Part shown: positions 40,265 through 50,992 of the stretch, in pieces
How the letters are laid out: each line of letters starts with the position of its first letter
How positions within the stretch are numbered: position 1 is the first letter of the stretch
Origin: an uncultured delta proteobacterium
GTDB lineage: Bacteria; Desulfobacterota; Desulfuromonadia; Geobacterales; DSM-12255
DNA: 64,000 nucleotides
Assembly: GCA_963787125.1 (NCBI GenBank)
Contig: CAWBBV010000001.1
Coordinates: forward strand, 128,001-192,000
Direction: 5' to 3'
The notes under the pieces: generated by a model
What the model saw: the letters and a program-made list of their open reading frames with translations, nothing else
Databases searched by the model: none
Told to the model about the DNA's origin: nothing
Program-made: the position numbers and the translations under genes

Positions 40265-42898
40265 ATGACAGGCAAAGAGTTGCGGGCAAAATTTCTCGGC
40301 TTTTTTGAAAAGAACGGCCATACGGTAGTTTCAAGCTCTGGACTTGTTCCCCATAACGATCCGACACTTTTGTTTACCAATGCCGGCATGAACCAGTTTA
40401 AAGACTGTTTTCTCGGCATGGAAAAGCGTGATTACCTCCGCGCAGCCAGTTCGCAGAAGTGTGTTCGCGCCGGTGGAAAGCATAACGATTTGGAGAATGT
40501 CGGCAGAACCGCCCGTCACCATACTTTTTTTGAGATGCTCGGCAACTTCTCTTTCGGCGATTACTTCAAAAAAGAGGCAATCGCTTATGCCTGGAGCTTT
40601 TTAACCGAAGAGCTGAAGCTTGACAAGGAGCGTCTCTACGTAACCGTGTACACCGATGATGATGAAGCCGCTGATATCTGGCATCTCCAGGAAAGTGTTG
40701 CCCGTGAGCGGATCTACCGTTTTGGGGAGAAAGACAACTTCTGGTCAATGGGCGATACCGGCCCTTGCGGCCCCTGCAGCGAAATCTTCTGGGACAACGG
40801 CCCGGGCACCGGCTGTGGTGAGCCGGACTGCGCGGTCGGCTGTGACTGCGATCGTTACATGGAGATCTGGAACAATGTCTTCATGCAGTTCAATCGCACG
40901 GCCGACGGTGTATTGCACCCGCTGCCAAAACCTGCCGTGGATACCGGCATGGGGCTTGAGCGGATCTGCACTGTCATGCAGGGGAAAACGTCAAATTATG
41001 ACACGGACCTCCTTCAAGGCATAATCCAGTATGTTGCCAAGCTGGCAGGGAAAAAATATGGCCATGATCCAAAGGACGATGTCTCCCTGCGGGTCATTGC
41101 CGATCACTCCCGGGCAGTAACATTTCTCATCTGCGATGGCGTGCTCCCTTCCAACGAAGGACGAGGCTATGTCCTGCGGCGGATTATGCGGCGGGCGGCC
41201 CGCCACACGAAGATGCTCGGCTTTGCCGAACCGGTTCTCTTCAGAGCTGTTGATGCCGTCAACTCTATCATGGGAGAGGCATTTCCCGAACTGATCGAGC
41301 GCGAAGAGTATGTGAAGAAAGTGATTCAGGCAGAGGAGGAGCGCTTTGCCGAGACCCTCGACAGAGGCCTCGCCATCCTCAATGAGGATATCGCCGGCCT
41401 TAAAAGTAGTGGTGGAACACAGCTTACCGGCGATGCAGTGTTTCGGCTTTATGACACTTTCGGTTTCCCCGTAGACCTGACAGCAGATATCATGGCTGCG
41501 GAGGGGATGACTGTTGATGAGCCGGGCTTCGAGCTCTGCATGGAACGGCAGCGTGCCAAGGCAAGAGAACACTGGAAGGGCTCCGGAGAAGAGGGGATCG
41601 CCGAGATCTTCAAAAAACTCCATAGTGACGGTCTGCGCAGCGAATTTACCGGCTACGACAACAGAGCCGGTTATTCGGTTGTCAGATGGCTGCTGGCAAA
41701 AGGGGCGACTGTCCAGGAAGCGACTGTTGGCGACTATGTCGATCTGATTACCGATGCCTCGCCATTTTATGGGGCTTCAGGCGGGCAGGCAGGCGATAAA
41801 GGCAGCATCTCAACCGGCGGAGCCCACCTTAAAGTGCTTGAAACACTTCGACCATTCACTGACCTGATTGTGCATCGTGCTCTGGTTGAAAGCGGCACCA
41901 TCAAGGTAGGTGAGGCAGTCGATCTGAAAGTCGATGTAGCCGAGCGAACTGCCACAGCAAGAAATCATACTGCCACACATCTACTGCAGTCAGCTCTCCG
42001 CCAGGTTCTCGGCGAGCATGTCAAACAGGCCGGTTCCCTGGTCGAGCCCGAGCGTCTCCGTTTTGATTTCACCCACTTCTTGGCAATGACTTCCAAAGAG
42101 ATAAAGCAGGTCGAAGCGATAGTGAACAGCTTCATCATGGCTAACGACCCGGTGGATTCACGGGAGATGGCGGCGACAGAGGCGATCTCCAGCGGAGCAA
42201 CCGCGCTCTTCGGTGAAAAATATGGCGATAAAGTTCGGGTCGTCAGAGTCGGTGACGTCAGCATGGAACTCTGCGGCGGAACTCACGTAACTGCAGCCGG
42301 CGATATCGGCTTCTTCAAGATTGTCAGTGAGGCCGGCATAGCTGCCGGGGTAAGGCGTATTGAAGCAGTTACGGGCAGTGGCGCAATTAAGTTTATTCAT
42401 GAGCTGGAAAATGAGCGGCAGGATCTGGCCGTACTTGTCAAAGCTGAAGGCGGCGGCATACTGGACAGAGTCGAACGGATACTGGTGCGGCAAAAAGAGC
42501 TCCAGCGTGAAGTCGAGACACTCCGTTCACAACTTAATGCAGGAAAATCAGCCGACCTTTTGGCCGGAATCCGTGAGATCAGCGGCATCAAAACGCTCTC
42601 AGTTGAAGTCATGACAGATGATGTCAAAAAACTCCGTGAACTTGGCGATTCGTTGAAATCTCAACTTGGTTCCGGCATTCTGTCTATCGGCGCAAATATT
42701 GGCGGCAAGGCAACTCTGATTGTTACCGTCAGCAGCGACCTGACCTCACGCTTCAAGGCAGGCGACCTGATTCGGGAAATGGCGCCGATTGTCGGCGGGA
42801 GCGGTGGCGGCAAGCCGGAGATGGCCCAGGCAGGCGGCAGTAAACCGGAAAATCTGGCAGCAGCGCTCGAAAAACTTTATTCCCTTATCGGTTGCTAA
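40265..42898 (+). CDS. alaS: Alanine--tRNA ligase
   Basis: [48 protein letters not shown]. Confidence 0.99.
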   Translation: MTGKELRAKFLGFFEKNGHTVVSSSGLVPHNDPTLLFTNAGMNQFKDCFLGMEKRDYLRAASSQKCVRAGGKHNDLENVGRTARHHTFFEMLGNFSFGDYFKKEAIAYAWSFLTEELKLDKERLYVTVYTDDDEAADIWHLQESVARERIYRFGEKDNFWSMGDTGPCGPCSEIFWDNGPGTGCGEPDCAVGCDCDRYMEIWNNVFMQFNRTADGVLHPLPKPAVDTGMGLERICTVMQGKTSNYDTDLLQGIIQYVAKLAGKKYGHDPKDDVSLRVIADHSRAVTFLICDGVLPSNEGRGYVLRRIMRRAARHTKMLGFAEPVLFRAVDAVNSIMGEAFPELIEREEYVKKVIQAEEERFAETLDRGLAILNEDIAGLKSSGGTQLTGDAVFRLYDTFGFPVDLTADIMAAEGMTVDEPGFELCMERQRAKAREHWKGSGEEGIAEIFKKLHSDGLRSEFTGYDNRAGYSVVRWLLAKGATVQEATVGDYVDLITDASPFYGASGGQAGDKGSISTGGAHLKVLETLRPFTDLIVHRALVESGTIKVGEAVDLKVDVAERTATARNHTATHLLQSALRQVLGEHVKQAGSLVEPERLRFDFTHFLAMTSKEIKQVEAIVNSFIMANDPVDSREMAATEAISSGATALFGEKYGDKVRVVRVGDVSMELCGGTHVTAAGDIGFFKIVSEAGIAAGVRRIEAVTGSGAIKFIHELENERQDLAVLVKAEGGGILDRVERILVRQKELQREVETLRSQLNAGKSADLLAGIREISGIKTLSVEVMTDDVKKLRELGDSLKSQLGSGILSIGANIGGKATLIVTVSSDLTSRFKAGDLIREMAPIVGGSGGGKPEMAQAGGSKPENLAAALEKLYSLIGC

Positions 42899-42919
42899 CA
42901 GTATCGCGGGAAACCATTC

Positions 42920-44050
42920 ATGCTCGAAATGACGCAAAAAACTGAACCCGAGCTTCGCCAGAACCCTCAGATGAAAACTATCCTCATCGTCGATGATGAA
43001 GCGGTTATTCGCGACCTTTGTTTCCGTGCGCTTAAAGGCTATCATATTGTTCAGGCCGGCAACGGCCAGGATGCTCTGACTCTTTTTGAAAAAGGTGGCA
43101 TTGATGTCATTCTGACTGATGTCATGATGCCAGGTATGGACGGCATTGAGCTGCTCAAGCGGCTCAAGGAGAAAGAACCGACCATCGTTGTCATCGTTAT
43201 GACCGGTTTTGCGGAAAAGGATGTCATCCTCAATGCGCTCAAAGCTGATGCCGACGATTTCATCTCCAAACCGCTGAACCTTCTCCAGTTGAAGACTGCA
43301 GTAGATAAGGCGCTCGTCAAAAAAGCGCTGAAAGAAGAGATCGCGGCCCTGAAATCTCTGGACAGATTAAAATCCAACTTTCTGTCTACTATATCCCATA
43401 AATTCAGGACCCCACTTACTTCAATCTCCCTTTTTTTGCAGAATTTGACCACCGGAGTTTTTGCGGCTGACGATCCGGAATTCAGAATTAATGTCCGCCT
43501 GATCTCTGATGAATCGGCTTATCTTGAACGACTTGTCGCTGATCTGCTGATTTTCAGCAGAATGATGGATACCGGTGAAGCGCTGCGACGTGAACCCTGT
43601 TCCATTGCAAAAATAATTCACAATGTTCTGGCTGAATCAAGAGAGATCGCCATCAAACCGGCGATTGAGGCAATCCTTGACCTTCAAGACGTGCCGCTGA
43701 TACCGATCGACCGGGAGAAAATCGCCTTTGCAATCAGGCAGATTGTCGATAATGCCTATAAATTCTCCGGAGAGGAGGGGGAGGTAACCATCTCCCTTCG
43801 AGCTGACTCTGCCGGCGTTACAGTTGAAGTCAGTGATACGGGGATAGGCATACCGGTCGACGAGATTCCAAAGATCTTTGAAAAGTTTTACCAGATAGAC
43901 CCCCACAATACCGGTCAGGTGCGGGGCTTTGGTCTTGGACTGTACTACGCCAGAGAGTTTGTCCGTATGCATGGCGGCAGCATAACAATTCAGAGTGCTG
44001 TTGGCTATGGGAGCAAAGTAGCGGCATGGTTACCGCTTCACGGCAAGTAA
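42920..44050 (+). CDS. Receiver-HisKA-HATPase hybrid kinase
   Basis: ILIVDD...DVMMP receiver; SHKFRTPL; DTGIGI, GFGLGL. Confidence 0.9.
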   Translation: MLEMTQKTEPELRQNPQMKTILIVDDEAVIRDLCFRALKGYHIVQAGNGQDALTLFEKGGIDVILTDVMMPGMDGIELLKRLKEKEPTIVVIVMTGFAEKDVILNALKADADDFISKPLNLLQLKTAVDKALVKKALKEEIAALKSLDRLKSNFLSTISHKFRTPLTSISLFLQNLTTGVFAADDPEFRINVRLISDESAYLERLVADLLIFSRMMDTGEALRREPCSIAKIIHNVLAESREIAIKPAIEAILDLQDVPLIPIDREKIAFAIRQIVDNAYKFSGEEGEVTISLRADSAGVTVEVSDTGIGIPVDEIPKIFEKFYQIDPHNTGQVRGFGLGLYYAREFVRMHGGSITIQSAVGYGSKVAAWLPLHGK

Positions 44051-44137
44051 TGACCTTGATTTTTCTTCAGTCATGGCTATATTAGGACTACAATAAATCG
44101 CAGCAGATTTTTTATGATCTGAAAAGGAGAGTTTATA

Positions 44138-44467
44138 ATGGCAAGTGAAAAAGTACTTACACTTAGTGACGACAATTTTGAGGCGGAAGTGATTCAGTCG
44201 TCAGTTCCGGTTCTGGTAGACTTTTGGGCAACATGGTGCGCTCCCTGCAAAGCAATTGCGCCTACAATTGATGCTATTGCAACTGAATACGACGGACAGA
44301 TAAAAGTCGGCAAGGTTAATGTCGATGAGAGCCAGTCAACCCCTGCCAAATACGGTGTTCGCGGCATTCCGACGGTTATTCTTTTCAAGGACGGCAAAGT
44401 TGTTGATCAAGTTGTTGGCGCTGTACCGAAAAGTCAGCTTGAAGCCCTGCTCAAGAAAGCGCTGTAG
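44138..44467 (+). CDS. trxA: Thioredoxin
   Basis: WCAPC active site, GIPT. Confidence 0.95.
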   Translation: MASEKVLTLSDDNFEAEVIQSSVPVLVDFWATWCAPCKAIAPTIDAIATEYDGQIKVGKVNVDESQSTPAKYGVRGIPTVILFKDGKVVDQVVGAVPKSQLEALLKKAL

Positions 44468-44511
44468 TTTTTGTATAGTCGGCTATCACCAATAAATTGT
44501 TAATATTTGAA

Positions 44512-44547
44512 ACAAAGGGGGTACCGGTTAACCGGCGCCCCCTTTGT
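44512..44547 (+). terminator. Hairpin/terminator after trxA
   Basis: acaaaggggg.accgg-ttaa-ccgg..ccccctttgt. Confidence 0.6.
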
Positions 44548-44588
44548 CGTCTTCTTCAACTCACGGGAAAGTTTCGCTTTAAGAATAA

Positions 44589-46367
44589 ATGCACTCACAC
44601 GGAATCTACGCAGATGAAATAGTTGGGAAAGCTTACGACCGCAGGCTGCTGTGGCGTTTTGCCGCCTATTTGCGCCCATATACGGGCATTGTAACCATTG
44701 TCCTCTGCATCCTGCCACTGACCACAGCCGCCAAACTTGCCCAGCCCTGGCTGATAAAACTTGCCATCGACAACCATATAGTCAAAGGGGATATTTCCGG
44801 GCTACCGGCAATAGCGGTCTATTTCCTGCTGCTTATCATGGCGGAATCGTTCCTCTCTTTCTTTGAAGTCTGGCTCCTGCAATATCTCGGTCAGCGAGTC
44901 ATGCAGGATATTCGCCTTGAGCTCTTCACCCACGTGCAGCGGCTTTCCACCTCATTTTTCGATCGGACTCCCACTGGCAGCCTTATGACCCGGCTAACCA
45001 GTGACGTGGAGGTGCTGGGTGAGATGTTTGCTGCCGGGATTATCACCGTTGCCGGTGACATAATGCTACTCGCCGGAATCATCGGCGTCATGCTCTGGAT
45101 GAACCTCCATCTCTCTCTGGTTACCTTTGCGGTTCTACCGCTGCTTTTCTGGATTGCCTTCAGGTTTAGAGGCAAAATGCGCAACGCTTTCCGCCAGGTA
45201 CGGTCCAGGCTGGCCAATCTGAACACTTTTCTGAGCGAAAGCATCAACGGCATCGCCCTGATTCAGCTGTTCAACCGCCAGAAGCTGGAACAGGCAGAGT
45301 TCACCCGCCTCAACGCCTCCTACCGGGATGCCAACATGCCGGTGATCACCTGGGACGCCGCTCTCTATGCGGCAGTAGAAGCGCTTTCATCTGTTGCCGT
45401 CGGGCTGTTGGTCTGGTACGGTTCCGGCGAGATTCTCCGCGGCGCACTGACCTTTGGCGCTCTGGTCGCCTTCATCCAGTATATCGAGAAGTTTTTTGCC
45501 CCGATCCGCGATCTCTCCGCCAAATACTCGGTCATGCAAGGGGCAATGGCCGCCCTGGAGCGGATTTTTAATCTGCTCGATTGCCGAGAAATTCTTCCTG
45601 AAACTGCTCCTGCCTCTGAAAGAGAGGGCCGTAGCGGTAATAATCCTGCCTTTATCCGCTTCCGCGATGTCTGGTTTGCCTACAATGACGATGATTTCGT
45701 CCTGAAAGCTTTTAATCTGGAGCTGCAACGAGGGGAGAAAGTCGCCCTTGTCGGCGAGACCGGTGGCGGTAAAACAACGGTAACCCGGCTACTATCGAGG
45801 CTTTATGACGTAAATCGAGGCAGCCTGGAGCTTGATGGCTGCGATTTGCGCCAGATGGCGCTGCAGACCTTAAGGCAGAGAATCGGGATTGTGCTTCAGG
45901 ATCCATACCTGTTTACCGGAAGCATCAGCGAAAACATCTGCCTTGGAGATGAAAGGGCACGGGGCAGGGTCAGACTGGCGGCACAGATTGTCGGCGCTGA
46001 CCGCTTCATTGAAAAGCTGCCTGAAGGCTATAATGAGAAGGTGCGCGAGCGGGGCAATAACTTTTCCGCCGGGGAGCGCCAGCTGATCTCTTTCGCCCGG
46101 GCAGTCGCCTTTGATCCGGAAATTCTGGTGCTTGACGAGGCTACCGCCAGTGTTGACTCTGAAGCGGAAAGCCTTATCCAGCAGGGGCTGCGCGGGCTCA
46201 TGGCAGGGAGAACAACCCTAGTGGTTGCCCATCGGCTCTCAACGATTCGTGATGCCGACCGGATAGTCGTCATTCACCGCGGCGAAAAGGTTGAGGAGGG
46301 GAGTCATGATGCTTTGATGGCGACCATGGGAGTCTACTACCGGCTTTATCAGCTGCAGTTCCGGTAG
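44589..46367 (+). CDS. ABC exporter, fused permease/ATPase (MdlB/MsbA-like)
   Basis: Six-TM region, GETGGGKT, FSAGERQ, LVLDEAT, AHRL. Confidence 0.93.
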   Translation: MHSHGIYADEIVGKAYDRRLLWRFAAYLRPYTGIVTIVLCILPLTTAAKLAQPWLIKLAIDNHIVKGDISGLPAIAVYFLLLIMAESFLSFFEVWLLQYLGQRVMQDIRLELFTHVQRLSTSFFDRTPTGSLMTRLTSDVEVLGEMFAAGIITVAGDIMLLAGIIGVMLWMNLHLSLVTFAVLPLLFWIAFRFRGKMRNAFRQVRSRLANLNTFLSESINGIALIQLFNRQKLEQAEFTRLNASYRDANMPVITWDAALYAAVEALSSVAVGLLVWYGSGEILRGALTFGALVAFIQYIEKFFAPIRDLSAKYSVMQGAMAALERIFNLLDCREILPETAPASEREGRSGNNPAFIRFRDVWFAYNDDDFVLKAFNLELQRGEKVALVGETGGGKTTVTRLLSRLYDVNRGSLELDGCDLRQMALQTLRQRIGIVLQDPYLFTGSISENICLGDERARGRVRLAAQIVGADRFIEKLPEGYNEKVRERGNNFSAGERQLISFARAVAFDPEILVLDEATASVDSEAESLIQQGLRGLMAGRTTLVVAHRLSTIRDADRIVVIHRGEKVEEGSHDALMATMGVYYRLYQLQFR

Positions 46368-46469
46368 CTGTGAAAGAATAGATTGCATATTAAGGGTAAG
46401 ACCTCTAAAAGATTAATAAATTAACCTAATTGAAATTGTCCCCAATTTTATTTGGAAACAAGGTTCGTC

Positions 46470-48863
46470 ATGTCATTCAATGAAGCTGAAACCAGATTCT
46501 ACCTGATTGACCCCGTTTTAAGGGCAAAAGGGTATGACGAGCACTGGAAGCTGAAGCTGGAAACCCCGGCGCCGGTCGAGCCGACCGGCAACAAAGGGCG
46601 GCGGCGTACCGGTGTAGGACGTACGGACTACCTGCTCTGCGTCCAGGCGGGCGACATGCCCAGTCCGCTGCCCATTGGAGTAATCGAGGCAAAGGCCGAG
46701 ACCGAAGACCCGCTCAAAGGGATGCAGCAGGCAAAGGGGTATGCCGACTGCACCCGTTTTCACGTCCAGTATATCTTTGCCACCAACGGCCACCGTTACG
46801 GTGAATTCGACAAGATCAACCAGATGCCGGACGGCCCGTTTCCGTTTCCCGAGTTCCCAACCCATGATGATCTAACAAGCCGTTATGCCCGCGATACCGG
46901 CATTGATGTTACCAAGCCGGAAGCGGCCATGCTGTTCATGGCCGACAGTACTGCATTCAAGACGCGCTATTACCAGGACGCCGCCATCCGTGCCGCCTTT
47001 GAGAAGATTCTCTGCTGCGAACAACGGGGCGAAGAGCCGCGGATTCTGCTCTCCCTGGCCACCGGCTCGGGAAAGACCGTCATTGCCGCCAATCTCCTCT
47101 TACGACTGCACGAAGCGGGCAGGCTGACCAAACCGGCTCTTTTCCTCTGCGACCGGGATGAACTGCGCGGCCAGGCCTATGATAAGATCACCAAGGCTTT
47201 CCCCAAAGGGAGCGTGCGGATAGTCCAGACGGTCAAAGGGGAAAATGCCGCTAAAAACGCCAAGGTGCATATCGCCACCTACCAGACCCTCGGGCTGGAT
47301 GATGAGGATGCCGGTTACGCCAGCTTTCTGACGGATCACTATCCGGAAAACGCTTTCAGCATCATCATTATTGACGAATGTCACCGCTCCGCCTGGGGGC
47401 GCTGGTCCGAGGTGCTGCGCCGCAATCCTGAGGCTATCCAGATCGGCCTGACCGCCACACCGCGCCAGTTGCGGGAGTCGAAACAGCAAACTCCGGACGA
47501 TGCGAACATTACAGCCAATAACGTGAATTACTTCGGCGAGCCGGTCTACGAGTACACGCTGATTCAGGCCCAGGATGACGGCTATCTGTCAGCCTGCGAG
47601 GTCGTGCGGATGAAGCCGTCCATCGACGGCAAGACCTTCACCCGTGAAGAGGTGCTGGCAGCAAAGCCCATCGATGCCCGCACCGGCGCGGCTGTCGCCG
47701 CAGAAGATATTCGTAATGAATACCGTTCGCAGCATTTCGATGACGATCTGGTTATTCCCGCGCGAATAGCTGCCATGTGCTCCAGCCTGTTCCAGGAACT
47801 CTGCAAGCATGGCGGTCCGGAACAGAAAGTCATCATCTTCTGCAACCGCGATCTGCACGCCGACCGGGTGGCTATGCAGATGCAGCGGCTCTATGCCGGG
47901 TGGTGCAAGGAGAACGGCCAAACCCCCAAGGAGCATTACGCCTTCAAGTGTACTGCGGACGGGGGCAGCGACCTGATCGAAACGATGCGCGGTTCCGGCG
48001 AGCGCTGTTTCATCGCTTGCACCGTCGATCTGCTCGCTACCGGCGTGGACATCGAACGGCTCAACGCCGTAGTGTTCTTCCGCTATCTGCAATCATCCAT
48101 CACCTTTTACCAGATGGTCGGCCGCGGCACCCGCATCGACGAGCCAACCCAGAAATACAAGTTCTGGCTCTACGACTACACCGGTGTTACCGATCTTTTC
48201 GGCACTGACTTTATCACCAAGGCGCCGCGTACCGGCAAGCCCGGTGGTGGCGGCGGTGGCGATGACGGCGGCGATACGGGTGGCGGTGACGATGACGGAC
48301 CACCGATCATCGAGATGGGTGGCCAGACGGTTCATGTGCTCCCCCAGGGGCATTTCATCCCGGTTAGCAGGGATGGCCGCGATCTCCTGATCTCTCTGGA
48401 GGAGTACCGTGAGGAGATGATCCAGCGAGTGGTCAGGGAAGCACGAACCATAGAGGATTTCCGGGCGCTCTGGGTGGAGCAGGAGAACCGTCTGGCCCTT
48501 ATCCGCCATCTGCGGGGCGAGCATTACTCGCCGGAAGTCATTCAGAATGTCATGCTGGAGTGCGACCTGTATGATGTCTTCGCCCATTACGGTTATCGCC
48601 GGGCAGCGCTCAAGCGGTGGGAGCGGGAGGTTGCCTATCTGTCGAACAACAAATCCTGGTTTGCCGGGGTCGATGCCAAGGCCGCCGTGGTCTTGAAGGG
48701 GATAGGTCACCAGTTCGGCAAGGGGGGCACCGAGGCGCTGGAGTCGGAACTGCTCTGGGAGGTGCCGGAGATCAGGCGAGCCGGCGGGGTGAAGGCGCTG
48801 AAGCTGCTAGGGGTGCCGGTTGAGGTTATGCGCGAGGCGAAGATGAGGTTGTTTGGGGTGTAA
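46470..48863 (+). CDS. hsdR: Type I restriction enzyme R subunit (EcoEI/EcoAI-like)
   Basis: NEAETR, D..EAK nuclease, LATGSGKT, DECHRS, GLTATP, QMVGRGTR. Confidence 0.92.
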   Translation: MSFNEAETRFYLIDPVLRAKGYDEHWKLKLETPAPVEPTGNKGRRRTGVGRTDYLLCVQAGDMPSPLPIGVIEAKAETEDPLKGMQQAKGYADCTRFHVQYIFATNGHRYGEFDKINQMPDGPFPFPEFPTHDDLTSRYARDTGIDVTKPEAAMLFMADSTAFKTRYYQDAAIRAAFEKILCCEQRGEEPRILLSLATGSGKTVIAANLLLRLHEAGRLTKPALFLCDRDELRGQAYDKITKAFPKGSVRIVQTVKGENAAKNAKVHIATYQTLGLDDEDAGYASFLTDHYPENAFSIIIIDECHRSAWGRWSEVLRRNPEAIQIGLTATPRQLRESKQQTPDDANITANNVNYFGEPVYEYTLIQAQDDGYLSACEVVRMKPSIDGKTFTREEVLAAKPIDARTGAAVAAEDIRNEYRSQHFDDDLVIPARIAAMCSSLFQELCKHGGPEQKVIIFCNRDLHADRVAMQMQRLYAGWCKENGQTPKEHYAFKCTADGGSDLIETMRGSGERCFIACTVDLLATGVDIERLNAVVFFRYLQSSITFYQMVGRGTRIDEPTQKYKFWLYDYTGVTDLFGTDFITKAPRTGKPGGGGGGDDGGDTGGGDDDGPPIIEMGGQTVHVLPQGHFIPVSRDGRDLLISLEEYREEMIQRVVREARTIEDFRALWVEQENRLALIRHLRGEHYSPEVIQNVMLECDLYDVFAHYGYRRAALKRWEREVAYLSNNKSWFAGVDAKAAVVLKGIGHQFGKGGTEALESELLWEVPEIRRAGGVKALKLLGVPVEVMREAKMRLFGV

Positions 48864-48866
48864 CTT

Positions 48867-48948
48867 CTCCCCCCTCCCGACCTCCCCCCGCTGGGTGGAG
48901 GAGCTTTCAAATCCCCTCCCCAGGAGGGGGAGGGTTAGGGAGGGGGGG
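48867..48948 (+). repeat. C/G-rich REPIN-like doublet, copy 1
   Basis: cccccctcccgacctccccccgctgggtggaggagc-spacer-cccctccccaggagggggagggttagggagggggg. Confidence 0.85.
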
Positions 48949-48978
48949 CTTTTGGGGTTAAGGTGAGGATGTAAAAAT

Positions 48979-49572
48979 ATGAAAATTATCTTGCGCACTT
49001 TGGGGGAGCTTTGCGATAAAAGCGTTGTGTCTGTGGACCCGAAGCGTGAACCAGCAAAGGAGTTCAGGTATATTGACATCTCCGCTGTGGACAACTCAAC
49101 AAAACGTATTGTAGCCGCCCAAAAAGTTATCGGGATACAGGCATCAGTTCGAGCTCGCCAAATAATTAAAAAGAACGATGTACTTGTATCCACTACCCGT
49201 CCGAACTTGAATGCAGTTGCTTTAGTGCCAGAAGAGTACGACAAGCAAGTTTGTAGTACAGGCTTCTGTGTACTTCGCTGTGGACCTGAACTTGATCCCG
49301 ATTACTTGTTTTCCTTTGTTCAGTCAATGGCATTTGTTCAACCGCTTTCCGACTTGGTCAAGGGAGCTCTCTATCCTGCTGTCACCGACAGACAAGTGTT
49401 CTCACAAGAAATTCCATGGGTTTCACTGGATGACCAATGCCGCATCGCAGCCCAACTCAAAGCACAACTTACCGCAGTCGAAGAGGCTCGAATTGCAGCA
49501 AGATCTCAATTGATAGAGATCGAAAAACTCCCGTCCCGTTTGCTTGCTCAGGCGTTCGACATGTCCAACTGA
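48979..49572 (+). CDS. hsdS: Type I specificity subunit, half length (single TRD)
   Basis: LGELC, RAR...DVLVSTTRPNL, CSTGF, YPAV, then DQCRIAAQL..LLAQAF conserved helix; 197 aa. Confidence 0.85.
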   Translation: MKIILRTLGELCDKSVVSVDPKREPAKEFRYIDISAVDNSTKRIVAAQKVIGIQASVRARQIIKKNDVLVSTTRPNLNAVALVPEEYDKQVCSTGFCVLRCGPELDPDYLFSFVQSMAFVQPLSDLVKGALYPAVTDRQVFSQEIPWVSLDDQCRIAAQLKAQLTAVEEARIAARSQLIEIEKLPSRLLAQAFDMSN

Positions 49573-49600
49573 CCATATGGAGGACATCCTCCATATGGTC
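49571..49600. repeat. 30 bp near-perfect palindrome
   Basis: GACCATATGGAGGA-CA-TCCTCCATATGGTC. Confidence 0.9.
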
Positions 49601-49622
49601 TTCAACGCAAGGCGGATAATCG

Positions 49623-49715
49623 CCCCCCTCCCAGCCTCCCCCCGCTGGGTGGAGGAGCTGTCAGTCAGATGCCTTTAGTTCCCTCACCCAGCGGGGGAGG
49701 GCTAGGGAGGGGGAG
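49623..49715 (+). repeat. C/G-rich REPIN-like doublet, copy 2 (same orientation as copy 1)
   Basis: cccccctcccagcctccccccgctgggtggaggagc-spacer-ccctcacccagcgggggagggctagggaggggg. Confidence 0.85.
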
Positions 49716-49725
49716 ATTTTGAGCC

Positions 49726-50127
49726 ATGGACAAAAAGCTCTTCATTCCGACACCAGTGCCGACTCCACTGCTCGAAGCTGCAAGAACGCTACGTCGCACC
49801 ATGACCGATGCCGAACAGCTGTTATGGCACTGCCTGAGGCGCAAACAGCTTGGCGGTTTCCGGTTTCGACGGCAGCATCCGGTCGAAAAATTTATATTGG
49901 ACTTCTACTGCTGTGAAGTGAAACTGGCGATAGAACTCGATGGTGGACAACACAATGAACCGGATGCAAAGACCCGTGATAAGGAGCGTTCAGAGCTGTT
50001 GGCCGGTCATGGGATTCAGGTTATTCGATTTTGGAACAATGAGGTCTTTGCCAATACGGAAGGTGCGTTACAGAGGATCTATGATGTGCTGGTAGAGCGG
50101 GCAGGTCAACAAGCGCCCCCTCCTTAG
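49726..50127 (+). CDS. DUF559 (Vsr-like/PD-(D/E)xK) endonuclease domain protein
   Basis: ARTLRRTMTDAE..LW..LR, FRRQHP..FILDFYC, IELDGGQH, RD, VIRFWN. Confidence 0.92.
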   Translation: MDKKLFIPTPVPTPLLEAARTLRRTMTDAEQLLWHCLRRKQLGGFRFRRQHPVEKFILDFYCCEVKLAIELDGGQHNEPDAKTRDKERSELLAGHGIQVIRFWNNEVFANTEGALQRIYDVLVERAGQQAPPP

Positions 50128-50196
50128 CCCTCCCCCGCTTGGGGAGGGAACTTAAAAAACTCCTCCACCTAGCGGGGGGAGGTCGGGAGGAGGGAG
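50116..50196 (-). repeat. C/G-rich REPIN-like doublet, copy 3 (inverted)
   Basis: Reverse complement ctcccgacctccccccgctaggtggaggag-spacer-ccctccccaagcgggggagggctaaggaggggg. Confidence 0.85.
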
Positions 50197-50210
50197 TAGA
50201 TTGGTTTTTT

Positions 50211-50624
50211 TCAGCGCTTCTGTTCTAGAAACTGCGCCGGAGTCATGATGGGGATGGTGCGGTAGCTGCCAAGGGCCAGCAGGTGCGGGTCGCCGGAGAT
50301 AATTGCCGCAGCTTCGGCAGCAACGGCGCAGGAGAGGAACTTGTCGTCGTCCGGGTCGTCGCTAATCACGGCGATGGTTTCCTTCGGCTGCACGAAGCGG
50401 GACCAGGCAAAAACGAATTCGAGGATGTTGATCTGCAGGGTAGGGGAAAACTTGAGTTTGGGGTAGGCTACGACCCGTTGGAGTTCGGCGTAGATGTCGT
50501 TGGTGATGCAGTTGACGATGGTGCGCTGCTCCATGAGACGCAGCACCGCTTCCGGCTTGCCATCCCAGCCGAAGGCCGAGATGAAAACGTTGGTGTCGAT
50601 GACTACTTTTGAGACCGCGCCCAT
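50211..50624 (-). CDS. PIN-domain putative toxin (TIGR00305-like)
   Basis: VVIDTNVFISA, DPDDDKFLSCA, IISGDPHLL. Confidence 0.9.
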   Translation of the reverse strand: MGAVSKVVIDTNVFISAFGWDGKPEAVLRLMEQRTIVNCITNDIYAELQRVVAYPKLKFSPTLQINILEFVFAWSRFVQPKETIAVISDDPDDDKFLSCAVAAEAAAIISGDPHLLALGSYRTIPIMTPAQFLEQKR

Positions 50625-50830
50625 TGAACAGCCTCGGCAGCGATTTCCGGTCCCAGCTTCTCCCGCTTTACAGTGCGTGACGCCTTGCGGCTGATCTCTG
50701 CCAACGGCAGGGGCGTATACAGCTGCTTCTTGAAAAGCTGATCGATCAGTTTTTTCAGCCCTTCTGGTGGGAACTGGATCAGCGCTTCCATCAGCTGGTT
50801 ACTGTTCAGGTGGATAGTGGTGTTGTTCAT
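50603..50830 (-). CDS. Putative antitoxin partner of the PIN protein
   Basis: 75 aa ORF overlapping the toxin start, GGAG RBS, ends EAVQWAR. Confidence 0.65.
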   Translation of the reverse strand: MNNTTIHLNSNQLMEALIQFPPEGLKKLIDQLFKKQLYTPLPLAEISRKASRTVKREKLGPEIAAEAVQWARSQK

Positions 50831-50992
50831 AATTACTGCTCCCTGAAGTTGGACTACATCTGCTAGTATGCGGAACGACCAGTCCCGAAAAGGGAGGGAC
50901 TCGCTCTGGAACAAGTGCACTGGTCGCACCTGAAAAATATCATGTTTTACGCATAAATCCACGAAAAATTCCGGAATCCCGAAAAGACACCC

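Noticed and set aside
48241..48300. GGC/GGT-rich run in hsdR as a contingency repeat
   Set aside because: Imperfect, in-frame Gly/Asp linker before the C-terminal domain
48867..50196. C/G-rich repeats as a CRISPR array or integron attC sites
   Set aside because: Only three copies, mixed orientation, separated by whole genes; no cas or integrase gene, no GTTRRRY/RYYYAAC ends
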